64,000 bases of DNA from Ranitomeya imitator (lineage: Eukaryota): NCBI RefSeq assembly GCF_032444005.1, contig NC_091282.1:128092001-128156000 (forward strand). Direction: 5' to 3'. The notes below the pieces were generated by a model. It saw only the letters and a program-made list of their open reading frames with translations, was not told the DNA's origin and did not search any database. Position numbers and translations under genes: made by a program. Within the stretch, counting starts at the first letter, position 1; the number at the start of each line of letters is the position of its first letter. Shown here one piece after another: positions 37,641-50,677 of the stretch.

Positions 37641-38427
37641 CAATATGGAGGGACATGGGGGCTATATGGAGAGATGTGAGGCAGAATGGGAGGACATGTG
37701 GGGTCCAGAATGTGGGATATTATTACTGTAGGGACTAATTAAAGGGAATTATTTTTGAGGATACTGTTTGTTTTTAGTGTGGAGGAGGAGACGTTCTGAT
37801 ACTGTGCAGGGTGACACGGTCCCTTTTTTTCTTCATCTAGCGTAGTGTAGAAGTTGGGGGAAAATGTGGGAATGTGCGCTAGATTACTGTGTTATTTTCT
37901 GCAGAGACAAGTCCTGGCTGGAAGAAGTGATGGCTGCCTCTGCTGGATGAAGATGAAGGACTTCAACTAGAGATGTCACTGGTGAGTCAGTGTGTTACCT
38001 CTACACTGACACTATACACTGTATACTTTATACAGAGGTCCTATGTATAATGTCACCGTTAATTTTATAGTACACGTCATCAAAGTTCAATAAACACAGT
38101 TGCATCTCGTCTCAGTGCCCATTTCATAGCACTACACATCATATGGCTTTTAGATTGCAGTCCCTAAACACGCCGGACATCTCCTTGTCCAATATCCATG
38201 GGGCGGCCGCACGCCATATTACAGTATCCAAACACAGCTTTTTATGTCGCAGACACTACACATGCCAGTCCTCCTCTGACTAGTTTCCGTGGGAGTCCTG
38301 CACCACTGTATCATAGTCTCTTTACTCACACAGCTGTACACAGCCCAGGATCTCCTCCGGATAGCAGCAGGGCACCATATCCACCTGTTTGGAATTGTTA
38401 CACATGCCAGTCCTCTTCGGGCACAGG

Positions 38428-39239
38428 TGTTATGAAAGGTAATTCAGTACCACAATGGACATAGAGGTCAGCGCACATACAGTGACCTGGCAATAACCCA
38501 AAAAACAAGAACGAGCTCTGAGACGTGGGAACTCTGTTGACCGCAATCCCTAATCCTCTCCAACCACACTAAAGGCAGCCGTGGATTGCACCTAACGCTG
38601 CCTATGCAACTCGGCACGGCCTGAGAAACTAGCTAGCCTGAAGATAGAAAATAAGCCTACCTTGCCTCAGAGAAATACCCCAAAGGAAAAGGCAGCCCCC
38701 ACATATAATGACTGTGAGTTAAGATGAAAAGACAAACGTAGAGATGAAATAGATTTAGCAAAGTGAGGCCCAACTTTCTGAACAGAGCGAGGATAGAAAA
38801 GGTAACTTTGCGGTCAACACAAAAACCCTACAAAAACCACGCAAAGGGGGCAAAAAGACCCTCCGTACCGAACTAACGGCACGGAGGTACACCCTCTGCG
38901 TCCCAGAGCTTCCAGCAAGCAGAAAAAAACAAATAGACAAGCTGGACAGAAAAAAACAGCAAATAAATAGCAAAGAGGAACTTAGCTATGCAGAGCAGCA
39001 GGCCACAGGAACGATCCAGGAGGAAACAGGTCCAATACTAGAACAATGACTGGAAGCCAGGATCAAAGCACTAGGTGGAGTTAAATAGAGAAGCACCTAA
39101 CGACTTCACCACATCACCTGAGGAAGGAAACTCAGAAGCCGCAGTACCACTTTCCTCCACCAACGGAAGCTCACAGAGAGAACCAGCCGAAGTACCACTT
39201 GTGACCACAGGAGGGAGCTCTGCCACAGAATTCACAACA
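38428..39239 (-). mobile_element. solo LTR, family B
   Basis: TGTTATG...TTCACAACA (reverse of LTR ends); 6-bp TSD CACAGG. Confidence 0.95.
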
Positions 39240-40821
39240 CACAGGACTTCCACCTCCGGTCACAGGACTGTCCACATCTGAGACCAGTTACCATGGACGA
39301 CTTGCATCGCTGTATACGCTGTGGGTACCAGGCTATTCAGCTACCATAGCTGCTGGCTCCGCTGGCCTGTGCTGCTTCACACACACAGCCAGCGCTCTGC
39401 AGTCTTCTGCTCTGCACACCAGCACACACCAGACAGACACTGACATTGCACCTGACACACCCATACCCCTTAGTGCAGGGTTTTTAACAAACAAACCTGT
39501 GGCTTTCAGCCACATGGAACACCCGGACCGGAAATCCGTGACTGCCATGCACACCGATGGACTTCATCCGTCTGCATGCACAACCTGGGGAGAACACACA
39601 GCTATCCCTACCTGTGACACAAGTCACTGCCTCACATATCCTCCACCTGTTCAGACCTGTGGGGTTGAACACTTGTCACCCCATATGGGCGCGAGACAGG
39701 GCATCTGTATGACCCTGTGACATCCCCAACCAAAACAACATTTTCAGTCTCTCCTGCCAATATGTCTAATCGGAGCCTATCGGGATTACACTCTGACCCT
39801 AATTTGATGACCCCTATGGCAGGTATCGCAAGATTTTCTGGTTCTACGCCCGACACAGCACATAAGCACATTCTCTGCTGCTTCCACTGCTGCTCCTGCT
39901 GCTGCAGAACCTTTTGCTGCAACTGCAGCTCCTCCGCAATGCAGACTTCATGGACCCGTCGATGCACAGTAAATCTTCGCAACCCCACCAAGTTACCGCC
40001 AGAAGCCTTCAATCTTTGTGGCCCCGCAGAGCCACAGCAAGCTGTCTTGAAAAACTTTTTCCAGCAGATTTGCACAACGCTATGCAGCATGCTTTGGGGT
40101 ATGCCTCAGTTCACACTGCTCGCATTCTTTCCACCATATGTAATGCTGCGGTAGCACCCGTATGCAGTGAAGAGGCAGTAACTCACAAAGTTCAAACACA
40201 AAAGTCTCTTTTATGTTTTTCTTCACACATAAAGGTGCATAGCATTTTATAGTACAAGTCATCAAAGTTCAATACATACAGTTGAATCACTTCTCAGTGC
40301 CCGTTTCATAGTACTACACATCATAAAGCTTTTAGATTGCAGTCCCTAAACACGCCAGCCTTTCCTTGTTCAAGTATCCGTGGGGTGACCGCACGCCATA
40401 TTACAGTCTCCAAACACAGCTTTACATATCGCAGATACTACACACACCAGTCCTTTTCTTACTAGTTCCCATGGGAGTCCTGCATCGCTGTATCACAGTC
40501 CCTTTACTCACACAGCCGTACACAGCCCAGGATATCCTCCAGATAGCAGCAGGGCATCATATCCATCTGTTTGCAATCGTTACACATGCCAGTCCTCTTT
40601 CGGGCACAGGACATCCACCTCCGTTTCACCTCCGGGCACAGGACTCTCCACATCCGAGACCTGTTACCATGGACGGCTTGCATCGCTGTATACGCTGCGG
40701 GTGCCAGGCTATTCAGCTACCATAGCTGCTGGCTCTGCTGGCCTTTCCTGCTTCACACAACCAGCGTTCTGCAAGCCTCTGCTCTGCACACCAGCACACA
40801 CCAGACTGATACTGACGTTGC

Positions 40822-41286
40822 TCAGTATAAGAGTCATCAAGCACAATATAACACTGAGGCCGGGAGTAAACAAATATCACTCCCCCATCGTAAACACCAA
40901 GAGCGGATGGCTGAAAAGGACTGCTCCCAAATACAATGTACACAACAAAATGGAGCATACTCAATGTCCCACCGATCATGATAGAAAGATTATTTTATTG
41001 AAACAAATCATGTACACAAATAAATATACAAATTACAATAAAGACCCCAAAACAGGAGGTACAAGGGGAAACATGGCGATAAACAGGGAAGGGTTGGGAA
41101 ATAAAGTGTATCCCATCAGGGTATAGGCATGAATATGGTCCAGGCAGAGTTCAATGGCTAACCCCATCAGAGCAGCATCATTACATATATAGGTAACATA
41201 CCCATCATGAGCCCAGAACAAACTGCAATTATATCCCAAATGCCCCTGACGCGCGTTTCGCGGTCCAGCTTTTTCAAAGGATATAG
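40822..41286 (-). mobile_element. Penelope-like/retrozyme-like 465-bp monomer
   Basis: 9-bp TSD TGACGTTGC (40813-40821, 41287-41295); absent from the sister unit; hammerhead motif at its 5' end, AATAAA further 3'. Confidence 0.7.
41243..41280 (-). ncRNA. minimal type-I hammerhead ribozyme motif (U3-A8 variant)
   Basis: CCT-TTGAAAA-AGCTGGACCGC-GAA-ACGCGCGT-C|AGG: palindromic stem III, GUC site, CCT/AGG stem I. Confidence 0.65.
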
Positions 41287-41444
41287 TGACGTTGCACCTG
41301 ACATCTGGCACACTCAGCCTCATGGAAAACCCGTACCGGAAATCCGTGACTGCCATGCACACCTATGGACTTCATCTGTCTCCATGCACAACCTGGGGAG
41401 AATACACAACGACCCCTACCTGTGACAGGAGTCACTGCCTCACA

Positions 41445-42165
41445 CTGTACACTGACACTATATACAGAGCTCATGTGTATAATGTCACTGTTGATCAGTG
41501 TATTATATGAACACTGACACTATATACAGAGCTCCTGTGTATAATTTCACAGGTGATTGTAGTATTACCTGTACAATGATACTATGTACAGAGCTCCTGT
41601 GTATAATGTCACTGTTTATCACTGTATTACCTGTACACTATACACTATATACAAAACTGCTGTGTATAATGTTTTTTTTTATTAATCAGTATTGTAGTAT
41701 TCGGTCACTATGTGGTGGTAATATGTGGTCTGGTCATGGTGTGGCCATATTTGTCCCTTGTTTGTGGCATTATTGGTCCATATGGGGTAGTAATATGTGG
41801 TCTGGTCATGGTGTAACAGTATTTCTCCCTTGTATGTGGTATTATTCGGTAACTATATGGTGGTAATATGTGGTCTGGCCATAATGTGGTGGTATTTGTC
41901 CCTTATATGTGGTTTTATTCAGTCACTATGTGGTGGTAATATGTGGTCAGGACATGGCTTGTATATGATCTGGTGTTAGATGTGAACTGATAAAGTGTGA
42001 TTGGTGAAGACATGCTGCAGATGTGAAGTTTTTCTATGAGTGGGCGGTGGGACTGTAGAAGATTTGAGGGTTGGAGGTGGAGCTGGGGTGGATTCTGGGC
42101 GGAATCACAAGGGGGTTTGAAAATTTTGCCAGTATGGGGCCCCGAAATTCCTGGTGGCAGCCCTG
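41445..42165. mobile_element. right part of a hAT-like non-autonomous element with 62-bp and GGTCAT-type arrays
   Basis: Same arrays as 49590-50623 in opposite orientation; terminus ...GGTGGCAGCCCTG; left end not found. Confidence 0.55.
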
Positions 42166-42602
42166 CCTATATGTGTGTTTACTGTTTATACGGTATCTGT
42201 TGTGGCATTTCTCCACTCTCTGTGGACGAGGGGGGGGGGGTACTCACTTAGCTGGTCGTTGAGGCATACACTGGGATACTCAGGGTTAAACAGTCCATCC
42301 TCGTATCCTAAGAGGCGTCCTCTCCGGAGGTATACCACAGGCATCTTCTTTCTGGCTCAGACTAGCCAGCACTGCCCCTGCACAAACACACAAACTACAT
42401 CTTGGGTGTCCAGACACACCCCCTTGGGTGTGGTATGTAGGTGACAGGATCCACCCATCCCTCCAAGTCACCTTGAAGCCTTCCCAATGTATAGTAACCT
42501 TCAACAGTATATCTGCTGAGCAAAACAAACCCAGGTTTCCATCACAGGTTCACCCACCTCTGTGATACATACCGCCCATTAACCACATGGCCACCCGCCA
42601 TA

Positions 42603-44187
42603 CAGTGGGTACGGAAAGTATTCAGACCCCTTTAAATGTTTCACTCTTTGTTTCATTGCAGCCATTTAGAAAAATTTAAAAAAGTTCATTTTTTTCACAT
42701 TAATGTACACTCTGCACCCCATCTTGACTGGAAAAAAACAGAAATGCAGAAATTGTTGCAAATTTAATAAAAAAATAAAACCTGAAATATCACATGGTCA
42801 TAAGTATTCAGACCCTTTGCTCGGACACTCATATTTAAGTTACATGCTGTCCATTTCCTTGTGATCCTTTAGATGGTTCTACTCCTTGAAAGGAGGCCAG
42901 CTGTGTTTAATTAAACTGATAGGACTTGATTTGGAAAGGCACACACCTGTCTATATAAGACCTCACAGCTCACAGTGCATGTCAGACCAAATGAGAATCA
43001 TGAGGTCAAAGGAACTGGCCAAGGAGCTCAGACACAGAATTGTGGCAAGGCAAAGATCTGGCCAAGGTTACAACAGAATTTCTGCAGTGCTCAAGATTCC
43101 TAAGAGCACAGTGGCCTCCATAATCCTTAAATGGAAGAAGTTTGGGACCACCAGAAGTCTTCCTAGAAACCAAACTGAGCAATCATGGGAGAAGAGCCTT
43201 GGAGAGAAAGGTAAAGAAGAACCCCAAAATCACTGTGGAAAGTTCTACAATGTCAACTATCACTGCAGCCCTCCACCAGTTGGGCCTTTATGGCAGAGTG
43301 GCCTGACGGAAGACTCTCCTCAGTGCAAAACATATGAAAGCCTGCATAGAGTTTGCTAACAAAACATATGAAGGACTCCCAGACTCTGAGAAATGAGATT
43401 ATCTGGTATGATGAGATGAAGATTGACCTTTCTGGTGATAATTCTAAGCGGTATGTGTGGGGAAAACCAGGCACTGCTCATCACCTGCCCAATACAATCC
43501 CAACAGTGAAACGTGGTGACAGCATCATGCTATGGGGGTGTTTTTCAGCTGCAGGGACAGGACAACTGGTTGTCATTGAAGGAAACATGTATGCGGCCAA
43601 ATACATCCTGGATGAAAACTTCTTCCAGAGTGCTCTGGACCTCAGACTTGGCTGAAGATTCACCTCCCAACAAGACAATGACCCTAAGCACACAGCTAAA
43701 ATAACAAAGGAGTAGCTTCAGAACAACTCTGTGACCATTCTTGACTGGCCCAGCCAGAGCCCTGACCTAAACCAAACTCAGCATCTCTGGAGAGACCTGA
43801 AAATGGCTGTCCACCAACGTTCACCATCCAACCTGACAGAACTGGAGAGGATCTGCAAGGAAGAATGGCAGACGATCCTCAAATCCAGGTGCAAAAAACT
43901 TATTGCATCATTCCCAAGAAGACTCATGGCTGTACTAGCTCAAAAGGGTGCGTCTACCCAATTATGAGCTGAAAAGGGTCTGAATACTTATGACCATGTG
44001 ATATTTCAGTTTTCTTTTTTAATAAATTAGCAAAAATCACCACATTTCTGGGTTTTTTTCCAGTCAAGATGGGGTGCAGAGTGTACATTAATGAGAAAAA
44101 AATGAACTTTTTTAAATTTACCAAATGGCTGCAATGAAACAAAGAGTAAAAAATTTAAAGGGGTCTCAATACTTTCCGTACCCACTG
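42603..44187 (+). mobile_element. Tc1-like transposon with long IR/DR-type TIRs, decayed transposase (~43000-43980)
   Basis: TA|CAGTGGGTACGGAAAGTATTCAGACCCC...GGGGTCTCAATACTTTCCGTACCCACTG|TA; inner direct repeat AAGTATTCAGACCCTTT; WYDEMK, WPSQSPDLN fragments with stops and frameshifts. Confidence 0.95.
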
Positions 44188-44254
44188 TACCACACTGTAT
44201 AGATGAGTGTATGTACCTATATACATGGCATGTGTGTATGTTTATACCCACATA

Positions 44255-44322
44255 CAGTTGAAACCAGAAGTTTACATACACTATATAAAAAGACACATAT
44301 GCATGTTTTTCTCAATATCTGA
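44255..44322. mobile_element. Tc1-like TIR stub
   Basis: TA|CAGTTGAAACCAGAAGTTTACATACAC, truncated after ~68 bp. Confidence 0.65.
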
Positions 44323-45301
44323 TGAGTCACCCCGCCAGGGTTGTGGGGTACTCAGTAGCGGGTCCGGTGTTCACAGGGGAATGTCACATGGCTGCGACCC
44401 GGTCCGTGGCCCTGGGCGCCCATGTAAAAGGGAAAGGTCTTTAAAGGGAATAAAGTTTGTGTTCATGACGCCACCTGTGTTATTTGGTCGGGGTGACCGA
44501 CGCTGCTTTAAGGGGTCCTCTGGGGTGATGTTATGGCAGCTAGATGGAATAACTTCCCACAGGTGAAGCATGTCCCCAGGGCTTCCCAGTGTGTAGATGG
44601 CAGAAGGATGAGAGGTGCAGTAAGGGATGAGGACACAGGTTTGCAGTCTCTTTACCTCATTTACTGAAGACTTCAGCAGTCCAGGGCACCGGCAAACAGG
44701 TCCACATAGAAGTCCGGGCAGTCAAGAGACAAACAGGTTCCCCTGGGTAAGTCAGGTGGGGGCCTACCACTCTTCACTCTCTGTCTCTAAGTCCCTGCTG
44801 CCACTAAGAGTCCCAACAAGGTCTTTATTCGTTCTGCTGTCCTGGGACAGGCACCTGTATGGCAGGCAGCCGTGTTATGGGGTCCGTTCTCGGTGACTCC
44901 AAGCTCCTAAGTGCTGCTGTGCCACAAGTGATTATGGGCAAAGTCTTGGTAGTATAATCTGGCTCTGCTCCGTGTCGTAGAGTCCACGTAAGCTTCGGGC
45001 TCCCGGTTCCTTGCGCTATAGCTCTTCAGAGGCGTGCTCGTTGCCTCCTGGAGCTCTCACTTTCCTCTGTGCTCCCCTCCTGTCTGTCCCCGCACACAGA
45101 CTGTCTGCACTAACTGAACTCTCTCAGCCTCCAAAACAGGATCTTTATACAGGGAAGCTGCCCTAAAACAGGGATTTGAGCTCCCCCTCCTGGCCTGGAA
45201 TTGGAAGGTGTTGTGTGTGTAAACCTACCAAAGTGAATCTCATTTGTCTCTGGACATAGCACTATCCTCCCCGAGAGGAACAGCCAGCAGAGGGCGCCTC
45301 A
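44323..45301 (-). mobile_element. solo LTR related to family A, without TSD
   Basis: Shares the GACGCCACCTGTG...CTTCCCACAGGTGAAGCATGTCCCCAGGGCTTCCCAG block with 13760-13890; TGA...TCA ends; flanks do not match. Confidence 0.8.
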
Positions 45302-46421
45302 CCGCAAATGAAGCTAAATATAGGTCATTGACCTATATTTATCTTCATTCGCCGGGGTATTGCAGACATGAGCAGCCTGCATTAGCGGAGCTTGTGTCTG
45401 CAAAATATTTTAACCCCTTCAGATGGATCTACATCGTTGGACCTTACAGATCCTCGGAAGGTATGCATATTGTTGGTTTATTATTTTTTTTTAATTTACA
45501 GATCGAGGGTCTTCAGTGAGTGGATTGAGAGTAGAATAAATTAATACAAAAGCCTTTGTGATTTTTTCAATAAATTAATTTTTAATAATGTGTGTGTTTT
45601 TTTTTAACCCTTTACTACTATTGGATTAATAATGGATAGGTGTCATAATTGACGCCTCTCCATTATTAATTTGGCTTAATGTCACCTTACAATAGCAAGG
45701 TGGCATTAACCCTTCATTACCCCATATCCCACCGCTACACGGGAATGGGAAGAGAGTGGCCAAGTGCCAGAATAGGCGCATCTTCCAGATGTGCCTTTTC
45801 TGGGGTGGCTGGGGGCAGGTGTTTTTAGCCGGGGGGGGGCAATAACCATGGACCCTCTCCAGGCTATTAATATCTGCCCTCAGTCACTGGCTTTACTACT
45901 CTGGCGGAGAAAATTGTGCGGGAGCCCACGCCAATTTTTTCCGCCATTTAACCCTTTAATTTAATAGCTAGAATGGCCAAATTTTGCATATACACACTAC
46001 TAACATTAGTAGTGTGGAATATGCAAAAAAAAATGGTGATATGAGATGGTTTACTGTATGTAAACCATGTCTCATATCATGTCGGGTTTAGGAAGGAGAA
46101 AGCAAAAGTCGGTAATTGAATTACCGGCTTTTCTCTCTAACAGCGCTGCGTATTCCTCGCAAGTCACACTGCTGGTCCGTGTGTAATCCGTATTTTTGGG
46201 GCTTCCATAGACTTTCATTGACGTTTTATTTGTGCAATACGGTGACAAACGCAGCATGCTGCGATTTTCTACGGCCGTAGAAAGCCGTATAATACTGATC
46301 AGTTTAATACAGCAGATAGGAGCAGGGGCATAGAGAATAATTGTGCCGTATTTTTTGCGAGTTTTACGGACGTAGTTTCTGCGCTCTTACGTCCGTAAAA
46401 CTCGCAAGTGTGACGCCGGCC
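45302..46421. mobile_element. Harbinger-like non-autonomous element, right part
   Basis: Ends GTGTGACGCCGGCC|TAA; left end missing at the LTR junction. Confidence 0.55.
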
Positions 46422-47223
46422 TAAGAACTCCGTGTTAAGTTTTGTGAATTGTTCCTTAGCCACAGTAGATTAATGTATATATTTTGAATGTGGTCCATGT
46501 CTTTTTCTACAATTATGGTAAAAACTAAAATTATCTGTGGCAGGAAGGGATGAGAATTAACCTGTGATTAAATTAATTCTTCCCGAACAAGTCTGTTTTA
46601 CTCTGAAACATTACGGTGTTGTACAGAAAACATATTTTGAAAAGGTGGCTGCAGACTTTAAGGAGAGACCAGACTTGATGAAGGACTGAATGTTAAACTT
46701 CTGTGGCAATGGGACTGAATAAAAAACCTGAATTTAGGGAGCAAAATGTGTGTCCCAATACTTTTGACCATTTAGTATTCAATTAATCCAATTTTGACAA
46801 AGAAGAAAGGGGCCATCAGTTGCCGTTATATTGCAATTACATATCTGGATACAGATCGTCCTTGTTCTCCAAGACCAAGTTCTTATGTTATCATTTGATA
46901 GCACTGGTAACATATTAGCGATTACTATTCAGAACATTGAAAGGAGAAGCTAACAGAAAATTATATGGAACAAAATATAGTGTGAAAAAAATAGCTGAGA
47001 AGACAAAACCCTGAAAAAATTAGGAATGACCAAACAGGACGGATATTAATGTATCAATCACAACATAGTCACATTTTTTTTTCCAAAAGTTCCCAGCTGG
47101 GATCCATTGTTCAATGTCCTGAAATAATAATATGGTTTGGTGTGAAACGTAATAAATGCAGCAAGATATCCACATGATTAATCTTAGTCTGTTTTGTTGG
47201 AGAACTGCGTCTGCTGAGAGTAA

Positions 47224-47607
47224 GGCTATGTGCACACGTCAGGTTTTTTTCCTGACAAAATCCGGAGAAATCTGCCAGAAAATCGCGTTTTTTTCCGCGT
47301 GTTTTTCTCGCGTTTTTCTCGCGTTTTTCTCACGTTTTTTGCGCGGATTTTTTGCGGATTTTTTGCGTTTTTTTTTTCCTGAATGCATGAAATCCGCAGA
47401 AAATCCGCAAAAAGAATGAGCATGGCCATTCTTTTTGCGGATTGCGTTTTTTTTGCGGAAAAAAACGCATACATCTGCACAAAAAATGCGGAATGCATTC
47501 TAAATGATAGGATGCATAATTTGAGCGTTTTTTATGCGGATTTATAGCGTTTTTATCGGGAAAATCCGCAAAAAAAACGCGAAAAATCCGGACGTGTGCA
47601 CATACCC
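47224..47607. mobile_element. Harbinger-like palindromic MITE
   Basis: TAA|GGCTATGTGCACACGTC...GACGTGTGCACATACCC|TCA; interior of degenerate GCGGATTTTT-type repeats in inverted halves. Confidence 0.8.
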
Positions 47608-49899
47608 TCAATGCTGAAACTATCTAGCCTTGTGGAATATTTTTATGAGCACAATGAATTAGCTGTAACTTTGTGAAAAGGATAAAATATAAGAAGTGAT
47701 AGGAACAGTCCTCGGGAACTTCATGGAAATAAGTTTTTGGCTTTATGTCAGCACACCTTCACTCCCTTTGTCCCTTGTTGGATGTTTTTGTAGGCTGAAT
47801 CGGTCTTCCAATGTTAGCTCAAGTGAAGTATTATTGTCAACTGTGGCACAGAGAGAAAGATGAGAAATCTGAGAGACGCAAATGTAATGGGGACAGTTTC
47901 AGAGTAATGAGGGCAGAGTTTAGTTAGTGTTCCTCCTTTGAATGGTTGGCATGCTTATCGGGTGTGCAGATAGTGTGCAACCATGGAGTCAGAGCAGCGG
48001 AGAGGTAAGTGGGCATGGTGCAGAGGATTCAATGGGAGAGTTTAAAAGAGCAGAGGCAGAAGCAGCCAAGTAGAAGTAGAGCCAGGCAAGAGGGAGACAA
48101 CCAAACACTGCTGAAAACACCTTCAAGAGGGGATCTATTGCCAGATAAACAGAGTGGCTGTAAAAGAGCAAAGATAAGACAAGCCAAGAGATAGCCAAGA
48201 CAACTGGAAGTATCCAGAGGTGTACAAATGGCACAATCAAGATTTATGTTAGCAGAGTTGGACTGGGGTGTCTGGGGCCCACAAGGGGAATGGAGTCTAG
48301 GGGCCCACCCTACAGCTGTATGCAAATATCTGTCAGTCGTTATCCCCATTATAATGGAGCATCGGCTGTAAAACACAGGTGGCTCCTGCACATCTACTGT
48401 GCGCCCCCATAACTGGAATGTATAATTCTGGAAGCTTACAATAATGGGGTTCTTAAGTTAGAACAAGTTATCACCGATCCATGGGCTCCACAGGATAGGT
48501 GATCGCTTATGTCCGACCATTAGAAACTACACTGTTCGGAAGAATGAGGAAGTTTTATCCTTGACAGGACACATCCCCATTTTAAAATGAAGTGGCAGGT
48601 GGGATGTCTGACCGCAGGATCATTCATTCTCTTTGGGGCTTCTAGAAAAAAACAAGTAAAGCCACTGAGGGAATTAATGGATCAGTAGTCAAGTCGGACA
48701 TGCCACTCCAGTGTAATGGGAATAAAAAGTTCCACATTTTGCTGAATAGGTCCAAGTAGTAGACCACCACCAATCAATGCGTTATCATCCTATTGATAGG
48801 TGATTACTTTTTTCCACAGTTAGTGCATCTATGCCACTGTGGTCCAAGTATTTGTTCTCTAATGGAAATAAAGAATCTTCTCCTAATTAATATCAGAGAG
48901 TGTTCTGTCTTCATACACGTTGATACGGTGTGTGATCCAACATACAGCATAAACCACTTCTGTCTTCCAAATAAGCAGACTGTTCTCTGTAGTCTAACTT
49001 GTTTATTGGTAACAGGTATTGAAATGCGGTAAAACTAAAGGAATACAAATGACATATATAAGTATTGGGCTAAACAATCACAGAGCTGATACTTTACAAC
49101 TGACAAAGAAAGTATACAGTATGATGCAACCTATGTACATAACTACATACAGTAAGTCCCTGGTAATCACATTTCCTGTGTACTGACTGCTATACAGTTA
49201 ATCACATTCTGTACAACACTACATTGCAAGAACAGGGATAATGATCTTACCGGATAAACTTAACCAGGATGGCAAGTAAGTGAGGTAGTTCCAACAAAGC
49301 AGAAGATCACGTGTGTCCAGGAAGAACACAGAGAGAAAATGGAGGTTCTTCATCCCAAAATGCCTTGGTGCAATCCCACAATGCAACACTCTAATTATTA
49401 CTAAAAAACACAGGTAATACATTTAACCACCACTGGGTGGTGCTATAACACAGCAAACCAACACTATAGTACTGAACTTTAATGCATGAGACGAATTACA
49501 CTGTCCTATTAGAATGGACAGAACAGAGAGAACAAGTGACGGCCATACACAACACAATCCCCTATACCAAGATCAATACTAGCACATGCAGGGAAGAAAT
49601 ACCACCACAACATGACCAGACCACATAGTGACCGAATAATACTACATACAAGGGACAAATACCGCCACACCATGACCAGACCACATATTACAACCACATA
49701 GAGACCGAATAATATGACATATTAACAGCATATAGGGACCAAATAATACCACATACAAGGAGAAATACTGCCATACTGTGACAAGACCACAAATTGCCAC
49801 CACATAGTGACCGAATATTACAATACTGATCATGAATACAAACCACAATACTAACAACACTGTTATTACCACCACTGACAATATACACAGTACCACTGT

Positions 49900-50623
49900 A
49901 TATAGTGTCAGTGTACAGGTAATACAGGGATCACCAATGACATTATACACAGAAGCGCTGTATATTGTGTCAATGTACAGGTAATACAGTGATCACTGGT
50001 GTCATTATACACAGGATCTCTGTATATAAAGTCAGTGTGTACAGATAGTACAGTGATCACTGGTGACATTATACACAGGATCTCGGTATATAAAGTCAGT
50101 GTACAGATAGTACAGTGATCACTGGTGACACTATACACAGGATCTCTGTATATAAAGTCAGTGTACAGATAGTACAGTGATCACTGGTGACATTATACAC
50201 AGGAGCTCTGTATATAAAGTCAGTGTACAGATAGTACAGTGATCACTGGTGACATACACAGGAGCTCTGTATATAGTGTCAGTGTACAGGTAATGCAGTG
50301 ATCACCAGTGATATTATACACAGGAGCTCTGTATATAGTGTTAGTGTATAGGTAATACAGTGATCGCCAGTGACATTATACACAGGAGTTCTGTATATAG
50401 TGTCAGTATACAGGTAATACAGGGATCACCAGTGACATTATACACAGGAGGTCTCTATATAGTGTCAGTGTACAGGTAATACAGAGATCACCAGTGACAT
50501 TATACACAGGAGATCTGTATATAGTGTCAGTTTACTGTAATACAGTGATCACCGATGACATTATACACAGGACCTCTGTGTATAGCATACAGTGTACAGG
50601 TAATACAGTGATCATCAGTGACA
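49900..50623. repeat. 62-bp tandem array
   Basis: ACAGATAGTA recurs at 50041, 50103, 50165. Confidence 0.93.
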
Positions 50624-50636
50624 TAGATACCTATCT

Positions 50637-50677
50637 GGACCTGTGGAAGCGTCAATAATGCGAAACGGCCGTTGTCC
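50637..50677 (+). ncRNA. minimal hammerhead ribozyme motif (A6 mutated) at the start of a ~180-bp Penelope-like fragment
   Basis: GGAC-CTGTGGA-AGCGTCAATAATGC-GAA-ACGGCCGT-T|GTCC: stem I GGAC/GTCC, palindromic stem III. Confidence 0.55.

Larger units (their letters stand above)
38059..41444. repeat. diverged tandem duplication of an unidentified ~1364-bp unit (one full and one partial copy)
   Basis: ATTTTATAGTACA.GTCATCAAAGTTCAATA at 38062 and 40244 with colinear similarity afterwards; period 1364 after removing the LTR insert. Confidence 0.85.

Noticed and set aside
42215-42600. Possible further LTR fragment
   Set aside because: No second end, TSD or homologue within the window
47020-47128. 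Minus-strand acceptor plus ORF, possibly linked to an ATGGCGCTGTG|GTGAGT donor near 55090
   Set aside because: The joined frame stops after ~23 codons and crosses an A homopolymer; not supportable
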